DNA of 64,000 nucleotides, taken from assembly GCA_002269645.1 (NCBI GenBank), contig NIVC01000121.1, forward strand, positions 434,001-498,000. Reading direction: 5' to 3'. Positions 25,985 through 40,869 of this stretch are shown here, one piece after another. This stretch comes from Macrostomum lignano. Taxonomy: Eukaryota. The position numbers and the translations under genes are program-made. The notes beneath the pieces were generated by a model. The model ran no database searches. It worked only from the letters and a program-made list of their open reading frames with translations, and had not been told where the DNA came from. Each line of letters opens with the position of its first letter. Position 1 is the first letter of the stretch.

Positions 25985-26090
25985 CCCCCCTTTCCGCTGA
26001 CTCCTGAACACATACAAGGGCGCCAATACTGTACGCAGGCACACATTCGTGCACACGCTCACACAGGGTGTACAAAGGCTCTTCGACTTA
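25985..26090 (+). repeat. Dispersed repeat copy (5' part), same family as 52755
   Basis: ttccg..gactcct..gcacacgctcacacagggtgtacaaaggctct..gactt; the 3' end matches the start of the array unit. Confidence 0.55.
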
Positions 26091-26254
26091 ATAATAGTTT
26101 ATCGAAGCAATTCATGTTACATCTCACATTGTTCAAACTGTTCACCTGATTTTAGTTTGTTCTTTCCAGTCCAGGTGAGTTCTAGTTCTAGCAGACCCTG
26201 TTCCTATCTGAGGCTCTCATCTTATCTCTATGTCTGTCTATAGAAGAAATTCCT

Positions 26255-26877
<623 letters not shown>

Positions 26878-27564
26878 GTTTGAGCCTGCCTGCGTGCGTA
26901 TCTGTGGTGTATGCTCAGGCGTCAGCAGAAGACGCTGGCTGACAGTCGATCGGCTATAACTAATAAGCCTTGCTTAAGTAAAATTTTGCTCCATCCTTAA
27001 ATCTTCTTCCGCATCAGAGAGTCTCCGCCAGTGAAAAAGAGATCGTGGAACAGTTAGATGGCCGCTACAAAGCCTATAAACGTGCATTTAGCAACCTTCC
27101 ACAAGACGCGGCCATGTTTGTAGCAAGACAATTTACTGCCAGAAAGAAACTAGGCTTTTAGTTGTCGCGATTGCGGGCTTTGAATTCGCATGTCCGATGG
27201 TGACCTGACCAACCATCCACTGTCCGCCTTAATGTTGCCTCTCTTTGACCCGATTTTATGCTAGTTCACTCCCGCGATGCTGCACCTCGTTGTCGGTCTT
27301 CCCTCCCTCGTTTTCTACAAGATTTCCTGCGACTTCTTTTTTCTTCTTCGGGGGGACACAATCTTTCTGTCGCTACACAGTCAATTATGATACTTCGTTT
27401 GTTAAAAAAAAACAATTTGTAACATTCACAGCAAGATGCAGTAAAGCAAGATGGAAAAGAATTCAATAATCAAACAAACAGGATCCTTGAAACCAAATAG
27501 ATATTATGAGATCGGTATTGAATAAATAAGAAGAATTGAAACAAACAAATAAAAAAAGACTCAC

Positions 27565-27692
27565 TTTCAACCCGAATCCACCAGCTAGCGTACTTCTCGT
27601 CAACTGAGTTGACAGCAAAGCATTGAAATATGCCAGCATCCGCCGGCTCCATGGCTTTGATGGTCAGAAGACCGTTTGGTTGCACAGTGTAC
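27565..27692 (-). CDS. sdk: Sidekick-like exon 4 (second half of Ig4)
   Basis: Acceptor ccgcag|G TAC, phase 2, after a 16.4-kb intron; RYTVQPNGLLTI..DAGIFQCFAVN completes Ig4 seamlessly; donor A|GTGAGT, phase 1. Confidence 0.9.
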
Positions 27693-27800
27693 CTGCGGCG
27701 GGCGGGGAAATGTCACCGGCTTATTAAAGATGTTTAAGCTAATAACAATGATAATAATAATAATCGCTAAAAGGGCGACATCGTCCCACAAGATGATACA

Positions 27801-30800
27801 GCCTTGGGTGTACAGAGGCTCTGACTTTCTAACCATCAGGCATGTACACTCTCTGTTGCCTTGGGTGTACAGAGGCTCTGACTTTCTAACCATCAGGCAT
27901 GTACACTCTCTGTTGCCTTGGGTGTACAGAGGCTCTGACTTTCTAACCATCAGGCATGTACACTCTTTGTTGCCTTGGGTGTACAGAGGCTCTGACTTTC
28001 TAACCATCAGGCATGTACACTCTCTGTTGCCTTGGGTGTACAGAGGCTCTGACTTTCTAACCATCAGGCATGTACACTCTCTGTTGCCTTGGGTGTACAG
28101 AGGCTCTGACTTTCTAACCATCAGGCATGTACACTCTTTGTTGCCTTGGGTGTACAGAGGCTCTGACTTTCTAACCATCAGGCATGTACACTCTCTGTTG
28201 CCTTGGGTGTACAGACGCTCTGACTTTCTAACCATCAGGCATGTACACTCTCTGTTGCCTTGGGTGTACAGAGGCTCTGACTTTCTAACCATCAGGCATG
28301 TACACTCTCTGTTGCCTCGGGTGTACAGACGCTCTGACTTTCTAATCATCAGGCATGTACACTCTCTGTTGCCTTGGGTGTTCAGAGGCTCTGACTTTCT
28401 AACCATCAGGCATGTACACTCTCTGTTGCCTTGGGTGTACAGAGGCTCTGACTTTCTAACCATCAGGCATGTACATTCTCTGTTGCCTTGGGTGTACAGA
28501 CGCTCTGACTTTCTAACCATCAGGCATGTACACTCTCTGTTGCCTTGGGTGTACAGACGCTCTGACTTTCTAACCATCAAGCATGTACACTCTTTGTTGC
28601 CTTGGGTGTACAGACGCTCTGACTTTCTAACCATCAAGCATGTACACTCTCTGTTGCCTTGGGTGTACAGACGCTCTGACTTTCTAACCATCAAGCATGT
28701 ACACTCTCTGTTGCCTTGGGTGTACAGAGGCTCTGACTTTCTAACCATCAGGCATGTACACTCTTTGTTGCCTTGGGTGTACAGAGGCTCTGACTTTCTA
28801 ACCATCAGGCATGTACACTCTCTGTTGCCTTGGGTGTACAGAGGCTCTGACTTTCTAACCATCAGGCATGTACACTCTCTGTTGCCTTGGGTGTACAGAG
28901 GCTCTGACTTTCTAACCATCAGGCATGTACACTCTCTGTTGCCTTGGGTGTACAGAGGCTCTGACTTTCTAACCATCAGGCATGTACACTCTCTGTTGCC
29001 TTGGGTGTACAGAGGCTCTGACTTTCTAACCATCAGGCATGTACACTCTCTGTTGCCTTGGGTGTACAGAGGCTCTGACTTTCTAACCATCAGGCATGTA
29101 CACTCTCTGTTGCCTTGGGTGTACAGAGGCTCTGACTTTCTAACCATCAGGCATGTACACTCTTTGCTGCCTTGGGTGTACAGAGGCTCTGAATTTCTAA
29201 CCATCAGGCATGTACACTCTCTGTTGCCTTGGGTGTACAGAGGCTCTGACTTTCTAACCATCAGGCATGTACACTCTCTGTTGCCTTGGGTGTACAGAGG
29301 CTCTGACTTTCTAACCATCAGGCATGTACACTCTCTGTTGCCTTGGGTGTACAGAGGCTCTGACTTTCTAACCATCAGGCATGTACACTCTCTGTTGCCT
29401 TGGGTGTACAGAGGCTCTGACTTTCTAACCATCAGGCATGTACACTCTCTGTTGCCTTGGGTGTACAGAGGCTCTGACTTTCTAACCATCAGGCATGTAC
29501 ACTCTCTGTTGCCTTGGGTGTACAGAGGCTCTGACTTTCTAACCATCAGGCATGTACACTCTCTGTTGCCTTGGGTGTACAGAGGCTCTGACTTTCTAAC
29601 CATCAGGCATGTACACTCTCTGTTGCCTTGGGTGTACAGAGGCTCTGACTTTCTAACCATCAGGCATGTACACTCTCTGTTGCCTTGGGTGTACAGAGGC
29701 TCTGACTTTCTAACCATCAGGCATGTACACTCTCTGTTGCCTTGGGTGTACAGAGGCTCTGACTTTCTAACCATCAGGCATGTACACTCTTTGCTGCCTT
29801 GGGTGTACAGAGGCTCTGAATTTCTAACCATCAGGCATGTACACTCTCTGTTGCCTTGGGTGTACAGAGGCTCTGACTTTCTAACCATCAGGCATGTACA
29901 CTCTTTGCTGCCTTGGGTGTACAGAGGCTCTGAATTTCTAACCATCAGGCATGTACACTCTCTGTTGCCTTGGGTGTACAGAGGCTCTGACTTTCTAACC
30001 ATCAGGCATGTACACTCTTTGCTGCCTTGGGTGTACAGAGGCTCTGAATTTCTAACCATCAGGCATGTACACTCTCTATTGCCTTGGGTGTACAGAGGCT
30101 CTGACTTTCTAACCATCAGGCATGTACACTCTCTGTTGCCTTGGGTGTACAGAGGCTCTGACTTTCTAACCATCAGGCATGTACACTCTCTGTTGCCTTG
30201 GGTGTACAGAGGCTCTGACTTTCTAACCATCAGGCATGTACACTCTCTGTTGCCTTGGGTGTACAGAGGCTCTGACTTTCTAACCATCAGGCATGTACAC
30301 TCTTTGCTGCCTTGGGTGTACAGAGGCTCTGACTTTCTAACCATCAGGCATGTACACTCTCTGTTGCCTTGGGTGTACAGAGGCTCTGACTTTCTAACCA
30401 TCAGGCATGTACACTCTTTGCTGCCTTGGGTGTACAGAGGCTCTGACTTTCTAACCATCAGGCATGTACACTCTCTGTTGCCTTGGGTGTACAGAGGCTC
30501 TGACTTTCTAACCATCAGGCATGTACACTCTCTGTTGCCTTGGGTGTACAGAGGCTCTGAATTTCTAACCATCAGGCATGTACACTCTTTGCTGCCTTGG
30601 GTGTACAGAGGCTCTGAATTTCTAACCATCAGGCATGTACACTCTCTGTTGCCTTGGGTGTACAGAGGCTCTGACTTTCTAACCATCAGGCATGTACACT
30701 CTTTGCTGCCTTGGGTGTACAGACGCTCTGACTTTCTAACCATCAAGCATGTACACTCTTTGTTGCCTTGGGTGTACAGACGCTCTGACTTTCTAACCAT

Positions 30801-31320
30801 CAAGCATGTACACTCTCTGTTGCCTTGGGTGTACAGACGCTCTGACTTTCTAACCATCAAGCATGTACACTCTCTGTTGCCTTGGGTGTACAGAGGCTCT
30901 GACTTTCTAACCATCAGGCATGTACACTCTCTGTTGCCTTGGGTGTACAGAGGCTCTGACTTTCTAACCATCAGGCATGTACACTCTCTGTTGCCTTGGG
31001 TGTACAGAGGCTCTGACTTTCTAACCATCAGGCATGTACACTCTCTGTTGCCTTGGGTGTACAGAGGCTCTGACTTTCTAACCATCAGGCATGTACACTC
31101 TCTGTTGCCTTGGGTGTACAGAGGCTCTGACTTTCTAACCATCAGGCATGTACACTCTCTGTTGCCTTGGGTGTACAGAGGCTCTGACTTTCTAACCATC
31201 AGGCATGTACACTCTCTGTTGCCTTGGGTGTACAGAGGCTCTGACTTTCTAACCATCAGGCATGTACACTCTTTGCTGCCTTGGGTGTACAGAGGCTCTG
31301 AATTTCTAACCATCAAGCAT
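27801..31320 (+). repeat. 57-bp tandem satellite, about 62 units
   Basis: Unit GCCTTGGGTGTACAGAGGCTCTGACTTTCTAACCATCAGGCATGTACACTCTCTGTT; explains the two ~1250-aa 19-mer-repeat ORFs. Confidence 0.97.
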
Positions 31321-32593
31321 CTTTATTTAATCAACTTTGTTTCAAGTCCAAATAGCAATGTCACATTCTCATTTTCTCATTTCTCATTCTCATCTATACA
31401 TAAAGGTAAACTTCATCCCCAAAATAGTTTATCCCTTCATTCCCTTAGATCCCCTGTCACTACTAATCCGACAGGACACGAACTCCATTTATTTGCGCTG
31501 TGACACACGGGAAACAAGAGGAATGCATCTAGTTTGTAGGGGCAGAGATTAACAGAAAGAATTTCCCACCTAGTTTTTATAGAAAAATCGAGTTTATTCT
31601 GTGTTGTTCTTAATTTAGTTAGCTACTGACAGTCGAAAGATTAGTTACCACATCGGTTCTATATATATAGTTCAGAACCTTCCCAAGATAAAACTACCCA
31701 AGACAGAAGGTGGCTAACTTTTGATTCATCCCCAAAACACCCCTGGAAACACCTCTAGTCCTTCATCAATCCCAGGATGCTGGGCAGTCACATTACTCGT
31801 ATCAGATGATCGCTATCGCAATAACAATAAGAATTACGATTGCTCCCAAGCTTATGCAGAAATCCACATGAGTCATACACCGTCTTGTGTTGCTCCTCTT
31901 TTACTTTCGAATATTGCTGCCACCCAAAACGGTAGTAAAAGGGGCCGAAAAAAAACTCCAGCTCGAATTAACTTACCGATATCCTCGATATGCCTATATA
32001 ACTCCCATATCCCCAGCATCCCCAGATGGAGAGATAGACTCCGATGCAAATGACCTTCCCTATGCTTAGTCATTTGCGCGAGAGAAAAACTGATACTACT
32101 AACTAGCAGCCGCTATAAACAATAACAAGTGCATGCAGTGTGAAAACTGGAACAAGTTCGTGGAAATGTTTTTTAACAGCTCCGACTCGTCAAGTTGGGC
32201 AATATTAAGTGCCAGAGCAATATTAAAAAACTGCGGGGCGAAAGATACATCCGAGAAAATGCCTCGAAAAAAACTTCTATTGCAGTCTACCAGTACTTCA
32301 CGCCAATTTTATGCAAATATGGATATGGATCAGCTTGGGGTCTTTTTATGTATGACTCCTTTACCTGCCAAGGGCAGTTATAATAATCATAGATTTACAA
32401 GACTAAAGCATGTAAACCATTTCCTGTTATATCAAACAACTACCTTTTACGTATTGCGCGCGATAATATGCACTGCATATACAGCTACATATACTACAAG
32501 TGTAAGATTATCCACACAACTTCGATATAGTCAGGAAAACTTTTTTTGTATGTACATGTAGTTTGGTACATACTAGACAGTCAGTATAAAGTA

Positions 32594-33263
<670 letters not shown>

Positions 33264-35468
33264 TAGGAGCGCCATTCTGTTCCCAGTAATTAAATCATTG
33301 CCATGACTACAGGCAACTCAGTCCAGCGATAGCCAGCTGATTACAGTTCAGTGGCACAATCCGAAAAACACAATATTCCCGATCGGGACAAAAGACCAAT
33401 CAGGATAATGAAGTGAAGAGTCCAACGGAATTTCCAGACACGGGGGTGCAGAGAGGGACAGGAGAGCGAGAGAGCAAGATAGGATGATAGATCAGCGGTG
33501 GTAAAACAATGCTACTGTTCGTTGCTAGGGCCTAACCAGAATCAGTCAGCAAAGCTAGAAACTCTCTGGGTTTTGGGGGCGAAGGCTTAGCCAAGCAAAA
33601 CTGCAAGTCTATAATTATGACAGCATTGACACGGAAACAATTGTGGCTCTCTACGAACACTAGTCGACAGAAAAAAGCCCACAATTCCACAATCGACATA
33701 GCTAAATTATGGTTGGTTAATTAGTAGATTTAATGAACACAATACTGCGTAGTTACTATACGTTTAGAAGCTTCTCAACATCCCGGCACGTGCGCTAAAC
33801 CTTGTTCATCTTCAATCAATCCTAATGATAAAAAGTCCTTTTAGTTTGCTCCCCTCTAATTTGTTTAGCATTAAAATAAGTTGATAAAGCTGAAATACTT
33901 CATATCAATATCAATAGTTCAATAAATAATAGTTTTTGTAGTATAGGTATAAAATATTCTGACGTCAACTTTTTTTACTATAGACATTTTTCTTTCAAAT
34001 TAAAAATCACGCCATTTCACACTATGCAGGAACATTTGGGTCAAGAGGTCAACCAAGGTCATCCAGGATACCGCGGACAACTCACTCATTCATTCGTAAA
34101 TGAAGTCAAATCCTTCGACTTGAAATGCAGTTTTTTTATTCTACACGTAAATGCTTCAGTGCTGTCAGGTGAGTGAAGCCATCACGATAAGAGAGACAGG
34201 GCAAGGTTTGGAGAGAGGCGACTAACTCAATTAGGCAGCAAAAAAACGTGTCAAATCGTGCAAGAGCGACAACCCCAGGTGGCGCTTCTACAGTGTCAAT
34301 GCAATTATCGTCGTTGCACGCTTGGGGGGAGCGTTGAGTGTGCGAGAGTGCAGTTGCACTTTCTTCTATCCCAATGCTTAATCCGGTTTAGCTATCCATG
34401 GACTCGAGGTGAGAAAAGCGTAAGCCTAGCTTGCCTGTACACACGCCTATAGGTAGCGGTTAAAAACTTATACATTTCTACGTTATATACTTATAGCTAC
34501 TCAAATCACTTCCCCTAGTAATACGATTAAATCAAGCATACTCAAAAGTCCTGGGAATCAAGTTTCCACTTGAACACCTTTCTTCTTCCACTCATCGTAG
34601 CAGGTCGTATTTCAGTTTCACAGCTCGCTGATTAGACTTCATTTATTGAGCTTAGAAACTAAATTAGCATATTATAGTAATATGATAAGCACCTCGTATT
34701 GAAGCGCATTAGATGGATGGCAGGTTTTAAATACATGTAGAATGTCGAGTCGATTTCAGCTTGAAAGTATAGGTTACATACGTCTTCATATCTGGCCTTT
34801 TATTTTCCATGGATCAAGGACATCAATTTTATGGCTTTATCCTATTATGCCGACTGCAGCAAGGTTGCAGCAAATTTCATAACTACTTTTATACCTTATA
34901 ATCAACGTTACTGAAAATCTCACAAACTAATTAACTCATTAATTTATCATATAGAGAGCCTTAGAGTACAGTAGTTTTGCTTTCAAATTCTTGAGGCAAT
35001 ACATATAATAGACCTCTTGTCTTTCATAGAACAAATCCTTCAGCAGAAAAATCTGTTTCTTACTGTTGTTTTGACAAGAGAACAAATCGAACATAATCGA
35101 TTTAGTGCTTCAGAGGCTGCCCAGCAACAGGGGTTCGATGCGAAGAGTTCGCGACTCTCTCTCAGTCAGTCACTCAGAAGAAGACATTGAGGAGGCGGGG
35201 GCAGGGGAACTACAGCTAATCAATATCCATAGGCCTTCTTAAAGCAATGCAAAATATGCAACAAAGCATTCTGACAAAACTTCTGAGCACACTGTGGCAG
35301 CGCATGAGCACTTGCTCAAGGCGGTTCTACTCAGTGTTTGTTGGCTTCGGAGTTCTGACAGATTTCAAACTTAATGACTAAGAAACCAGATGACATATGC
35401 TTTATGATTTATAGAGATATGCAGAATTTTTTCACGTTTTGATATTTATCCGACCGAAGCTCTAATAC

Positions 35469-35630
35469 GCCCAGCAACTGAGGATCTGGGAGGCTGGCCC
35501 AGCAACTGAGGATCTGAGAGGCTGGCCCAGCAACTGAGGATCTGGGAGGCTGGCCCAGCAACTGAGGATCTGAGAGGCTGGCCCAGCAACTGAGGATCTG
35601 GGAGGCTGGCCCAGCAACTGAGGATCTGGG
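35469..35630. repeat. 28-bp minisatellite (CCCAGCAACTGAGGATCTGGGAGGCTGG)
   Basis: About 6 units. Confidence 0.9.
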
Positions 35631-36494
35631 AGGAAATCGACAGACAAACGCAAGAGTGCAGAGAGCGGCAGCAGTGACGAATTGAGCATTCAGGCGTATG
35701 CATTTGAGCTTTATCCACTTTTCAGCCCTAACACCCATCTCAAGCCCCCTTCAGTTTCAGTTATAGTTGCTGGCTGATAATAAATCGAACCCAGAGACGA
35801 GCAGTCACACTGGTCAATAGCTGTGAAAGATTGCTAGTATAAAAATAATGCTCTGTACAAACAAGCATATAGAGACGGAGGCGGTGCACAACGAACAGCA
35901 ACGCATGGCAGGTTGTGTTAGCCAAATAAATTGCCTTCAAGTCGAATCTTTTCCAATTTTTCCTCCTGTCTCCGGGGAGAGAGAGAGAGCTACGAGAAAG
36001 AGTCCGCACATCCACAGGCTTTTTCTCGTCGGTACAATATCCCCGCTTCCCGCGAAGTCGTTAATTAAAGCAATCAATTGAGAGTCGAACGATGTGCCAA
36101 AAATTAGGTCCTTTTTTTCTCGTTCCACTGTCTTTCTTAGTTCCCCTTGACAACCGAGAATTGAAGCGAGCACTTCCACGGCCTCTTGATTGGCAGTCAA
36201 GTGGTTTTACAAACAAAACTATCCCCTCCTCACCCCCAGCTTTCGAATCGCACATGCCGGTGAATTAGTTGCTTGAGTTCGATCGGTGGTTGGTGGCTCA
36301 ATCGAAAGAGTGGTCTAAATTAGAACGAACGCACTTGAGTAGTAGCTAGAATAATTAGAGAAGAAGAACCTACCTACAAGGTATTTCGACTGCTTGCCGT
36401 GAACTACCTTGCTCTGAAAAAAGTCCAAAAAATGGCTAATTAGCTTGTAAAAAGACTGGACATAGCATTGCAGTAGCCTACTTCTGCAACTATT

Positions 36495-36852
36495 AGTAGC
36501 CTTATAGCATTAGCCAAGTTAAGCCCCACTAATTAGTAGCATAATATAGCATTAGCCAAGTTAAGCCCCACTAATTAGTAGCATAATATAGCATTAGCCA
36601 AGTTAAGCCCCACTAATTAGTAGCATAATATAGCATTAGCCTAGTTAAGCCCCACTAATTAGTAGCCTTATATAGCATTAGCCTAGTTAAACCCAAACCC
36701 CACTAATTAGTAGCCTTATATAGCATTAGCCTAGTTAAACCAAAACCCCACTAATTAGTAGCCTTATATAGCATTAGCCTAGTTAAACCCAAACTCCACT
36801 AATTAGTAGCCTTATATAGCATTAGCCTAGTTAAACCCAAACCCCACTAATT
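36495..36852. repeat. 42-47-bp AT-rich minisatellite
   Basis: TAGCATTAGCCAAGTTAAGCCCCACTAATTAGTAGCATAATA, about 8 units. Confidence 0.88.
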
Positions 36853-38119
36853 AATTATGGTAATAAATCAAAAATCAATTAGCATTCGCATTAGACTAGC
36901 GAATTAGTAGTTTTATTGTTCACCAACAAAAATCAGCAACACAGTAACTCAATGTTTTAGATATGGCATACACCACTATATAACAGACAGGCTCAAATAT
37001 AGTGCTATCATGTTTCCAGCTGCTAATAATTCCATTGCTAACAAAATCAGAAGCAACAAAAAGAAGGCCTGGATATGAAAATTTATCAAATCTTTTCACC
37101 TCCTTCCTTTCAAGTTCAATATTGAGCTATCTAAAACATCCCTATTGATCCTTCTCAATTTCCCTGTAATTTCCTAACCTTTTTCTTGGCAAGATTATCC
37201 ATCTCTATAATATTCATATATTCGGAACATCTAAAAACCACAGGCCATCGGCTATTAGGCATTTCGTATATTTCATTTCTCCAAATGCAAACTTCATAGT
37301 CAGTCTCATCGGAACTGTCTCGACTGAGCAAAAATTGATTGGACAAATTGAACCAACAACTAATGCTTATAGAACTGCGGTAGGCATCAAATGATAATGC
37401 TTTTTGACAGTGTCTCTTTGAGAGTCCAGTTCAATAACATCCTGCTTATTAGGGCTGGATTAGAGAAGCATTCACAGGGACTGAATAGGGAGTGTTACAC
37501 CGATTGTAAAACGCAATTCACAAACGCTGGAACATTAGCATAACAAATTGACCTCCCTCAAAGTTCGACACAAGGTCAAATAGTAATTTCCTCTTGCGTA
37601 TTCTTCTTCCCTCTCTCTCTCTCTTCTCCTGCATGCTTATTTAACCAAGCAGAATTGAAGGGAGCTGCATAGAGAATATTAAACTGCCCCAATCAAGTCA
37701 AGAGAGGCAAATCTTCGTAGCATGAACCCACCGAACATAATTGAAGAAATAGGCCAACATCTGCCTGTAGCCTGCGCTAAATGCTCGGACACGAGCCAGC
37801 TTGATAATTTACAATCGAAAACGCATTTTAGTTCGGTTAAGAGACTTGCTTATTACTTATTCTTAGAAACAAATTAAAACAAACAAGGGGCCTCGACTGC
37901 TTCTGCTATCAATATCTTGTTTTGCTTGTCAGGGGTCGCTTCGCTCGTAACGCACTGTGACTAACTATAGCATTGAAGATAAGAGATAAAGATTCTTTGG
38001 CTAACTAGGCCTGTTTTACAAACAAAGACCGTTGTAATTTTCAGTCATACTTTTAGGAATAAATAAGATTTAAAGGCGCTCTTAACCGTTGGTTTTAACT
38101 CCCTTAGTAGATCTTGGTA

Positions 38120-39390
38120 CCTCAGATCTTTCAGTGCCTGCTGCCAATCCCCTCAGATTCTTCAGTGCCTGCTGCCAATCCCCTCAGATCCTTCAGTGCC
38201 TGCTGCCCCTCCCCTCAGATCCTTCAGTGGCTGCTGCCCCTCCCCTCAGATCCTTCAGTGCCTGCTGCCAATCCCCTCAGATCCTTCAGTGGCTGCTGCC
38301 AATCCCCTCAGATCCTTCAGTGCCTGCTGCCAATCCCCTCAGATCCTTCAGTGCCTGCTGCCAATCCCCTCAGATCCTTCAGTGGCTGCTGCCCCTCCCC
38401 TCAGATCCTTCAGTGGCTGCTGCCCCTCCCCTCAGATCCTTCAGTGCCTGCTGCCAATCCCCTCAGATCCTTCAGTGGCTGCTGCCAATCCCCTCAGATC
38501 CTTCAGTGCCTGCTGCCAATCCCCTCAGATTCTTCAGTGCCTGCTGCCAATCCCCTCAGATTCTTCAGTGCCTGCTGCCAATCCCCTCAGATCCTTCAGT
38601 GGCTGCTGCCCCTCCCCTCAGATCCTTCAGTGCCTGCTGCCCCTCCCCTCAGATCCTTCAGTGGCTGCTGCCCCTCCCCTCAGATCCCTCAGTGGCTGCT
38701 GCCCCTCCCCTCAGATTCTTCAGTGGCTGCTGCCCCTCCCCTCAGATCCTTCAGTGGCTGCTGCCCCTCCCCTCAGATCCCTCAGTGGCTGCTGCCCCTC
38801 CCCTCAGATCCTTCAGTGCCTGCTGCCCCTCCCCTCAGACCCTTCAGTGGCTGCTGCCCCTCCCCTCAGATCCTTCAGTGGCTGCTGCTCCTCCCCTCAG
38901 ATCCTTCAGTGCCTGCTGCCCCTCCCCTCAGATCCCTCAGTGGCTGCTGCCCCTCCCCTCAGATCCTTCAGTGGCTGCTTCCCCTCCCCTCAGATCCTTC
39001 AGTGCCTGCTGCCCTCCCCTCAGATCCTTCAGTGGCTGCTGCTCCTCCCCTCAGATCCTTCAGTGCCTGCTGCCCCTCCCCTCAGATCCCTCAGTGGCTG
39101 CTGCCCCTCCCCTCAGATCCTTCAGTGGCTGCTTCCCCTCCCCTCAGATCCTTCAGTGCCTGCTGCCCCTCCCCTCAGATCCTTCAGTGGCTGCTGCCCC
39201 TCCCCTCAGATCCTTCAGTGGCTGCTTCCCCTCCCCTCAGATCCTTCAGTGCCTGCTGCCCCTCCCCTCAGATCCTTCAGTGGCTGCTGCCCCTCCCCTC
39301 AGATCCTTCAGTGCCTGCTGCCCCTCCCCTCAGATCCTTCAGTGGCTGCTGCCCCTCCCCTCAGATCCTTCAGTGGCTGCTGCCCCTCTC
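38120..39390. repeat. 31-bp minisatellite (CTCAGATCCTTCAGTGGCTGCTGCCCCTCCC)
   Basis: About 41 units. Confidence 0.95.
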
Positions 39391-40094
39391 AGTCTACAAA
39401 GCGGCGATTCGCAATTCCAATGGTTACTACACAATTCAACGCAAACAAAAAGCCAGTACTTGTTACATAATCGCTTCTGCAACTAAATCCGTTGCTTCCA
39501 CCATCCACCTTTCTATTCTAAGTAATTGTAATCTGCGTCAGGTACTCGGAATTGCTCTCGGTCTCGCCTCACTCTATCGATGTCAATTCTCGTTTACTTC
39601 ATGATTCATAGAGCAGACACTAGCCAGTCAGCCTCCTTCTTCCACTTTGCTTTCTCAACTCCAGCTCTATTCTAGCTCAAATAGATTGGTTGAGTGCGAA
39701 TATTATAGGCAAAGGGGACTGCACTTGATGACGTCATCCATTCATTCGGGGTCAGAGGGTGCGGAATGCACATTATTACTATATTACATATAGCCTAGCA
39801 GTTAGTTAGTGTAAAGCTAAGCATACACAGCTTGGAGCTACTAGAAATTCCACTTAATCCTTGATCTACTTGACGGCTACAAGAGCTAGTGGGGTGCGGG
39901 TGGTGAATGTGCATGTGATGTAGGCATAGATTTAAAAGTCGGTTAAACAGAACAGACTGACAGACAGGTAGGGTAATAAGCCAAATAGTTACCTTCAATC
40001 ATCATCGCAACTCATTTTTAACTACTATAACCAAACTCTTGCAGTATTAAAAAAGAAAAACACAAAAGAAAATTAAATTGTTAATCTATTAATT

Positions 40095-40462
40095 AAATGG
40101 ATTGCTAATCTAGCTATTAGAATGGATTGCTAATCTAGTCAATAGAATGGATTGCTAATCTAGTCAATAGAATGGATTGCTTATCTAGTCAATAGAATGG
40201 ATTGCTTATCTAGTCATTAGAATGGATTGCTAATCTATCTAATATAATGGATTGCTAATCTAGTCAATAGAATGGATTGTTAATCTAGACAATAGAATGG
40301 ATTGCTAATCTAGTCAATATAATGGATTGCTAATCTAGTCAATAGAATGGATTGTTAATCTAGACAATAGAATGGATTGCTAATCTAGTCAATAGAATGG
40401 ATTGCTTATCTAGACAATAGAATGGATTGCTAATCTATCCATTAGAATGGATCGCTAATCTA
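40095..40462. repeat. 25-bp minisatellite (AATGGATTGCTAATCTAGTCAATAG)
   Basis: About 14 units. Confidence 0.9.
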
Positions 40463-40869
40463 GCCACCTTGAAGCAAAGGTACCTAAGTTAATAGCTAAA
40501 TTTCAGGCCATATGTAACAAGGGACATATGATAGACAAAAATTCGTAAGGTTATTATTCCCAAAAAAGGATTATTTCCCAACCGGCTGTTTTCAACAGAA
40601 CAGTCAGCCATAATAGAGGATAAAATTTTATGCGCAATTTTTAATTACTAAACTGACACTCGTCTCAGATCAAACGGAATTATTTCCCTACATTCCATAA
40701 TTGTCTTGCAGACGGGCTACGAGCTACCATTTCACAGGTGTTACCTCAGGTGCTTGCAAGCAAATCCCAAATGCTCCCATAAGCGCATCTAAGCATAAAT
40801 ATAGCGGTAAAAAATGATTCGGCAATTTTTCTAACCACCCTTTGAGGTCACGCTAGCCTGAGGTCACGT

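Noticed and set aside
27801-31320. Hammerhead ribozyme in the minus-strand 57-mer (CUGAUGG..GAAA)
   Set aside because: The core deviates from CUGANGA, there is no stem II, and GAAA is followed by G, which cannot pair to form stem III with an NUH site; stem I is not adjacent.
27600-31503. 1238-aa and 1275-aa ORFs on opposite strands
   Set aside because: They are translations of the 57-bp tandem unit (a multiple of 3 with stop-free frames), lie in an sdk intron and lack real starts or domain content.
37155-37346. YEMPNSRWPVVF resembling an RTE-type LINE C-terminus
   Set aside because: Too short, with no other RT motifs in adjacent frames.
39727-39738. Perfect CRE palindrome GATGACGTCATC
   Set aside because: Isolated motif; a similar 12-bp TGACGTCA palindrome occurs inside a CAP coding exon (about 55851-55862), so chance is sufficient.
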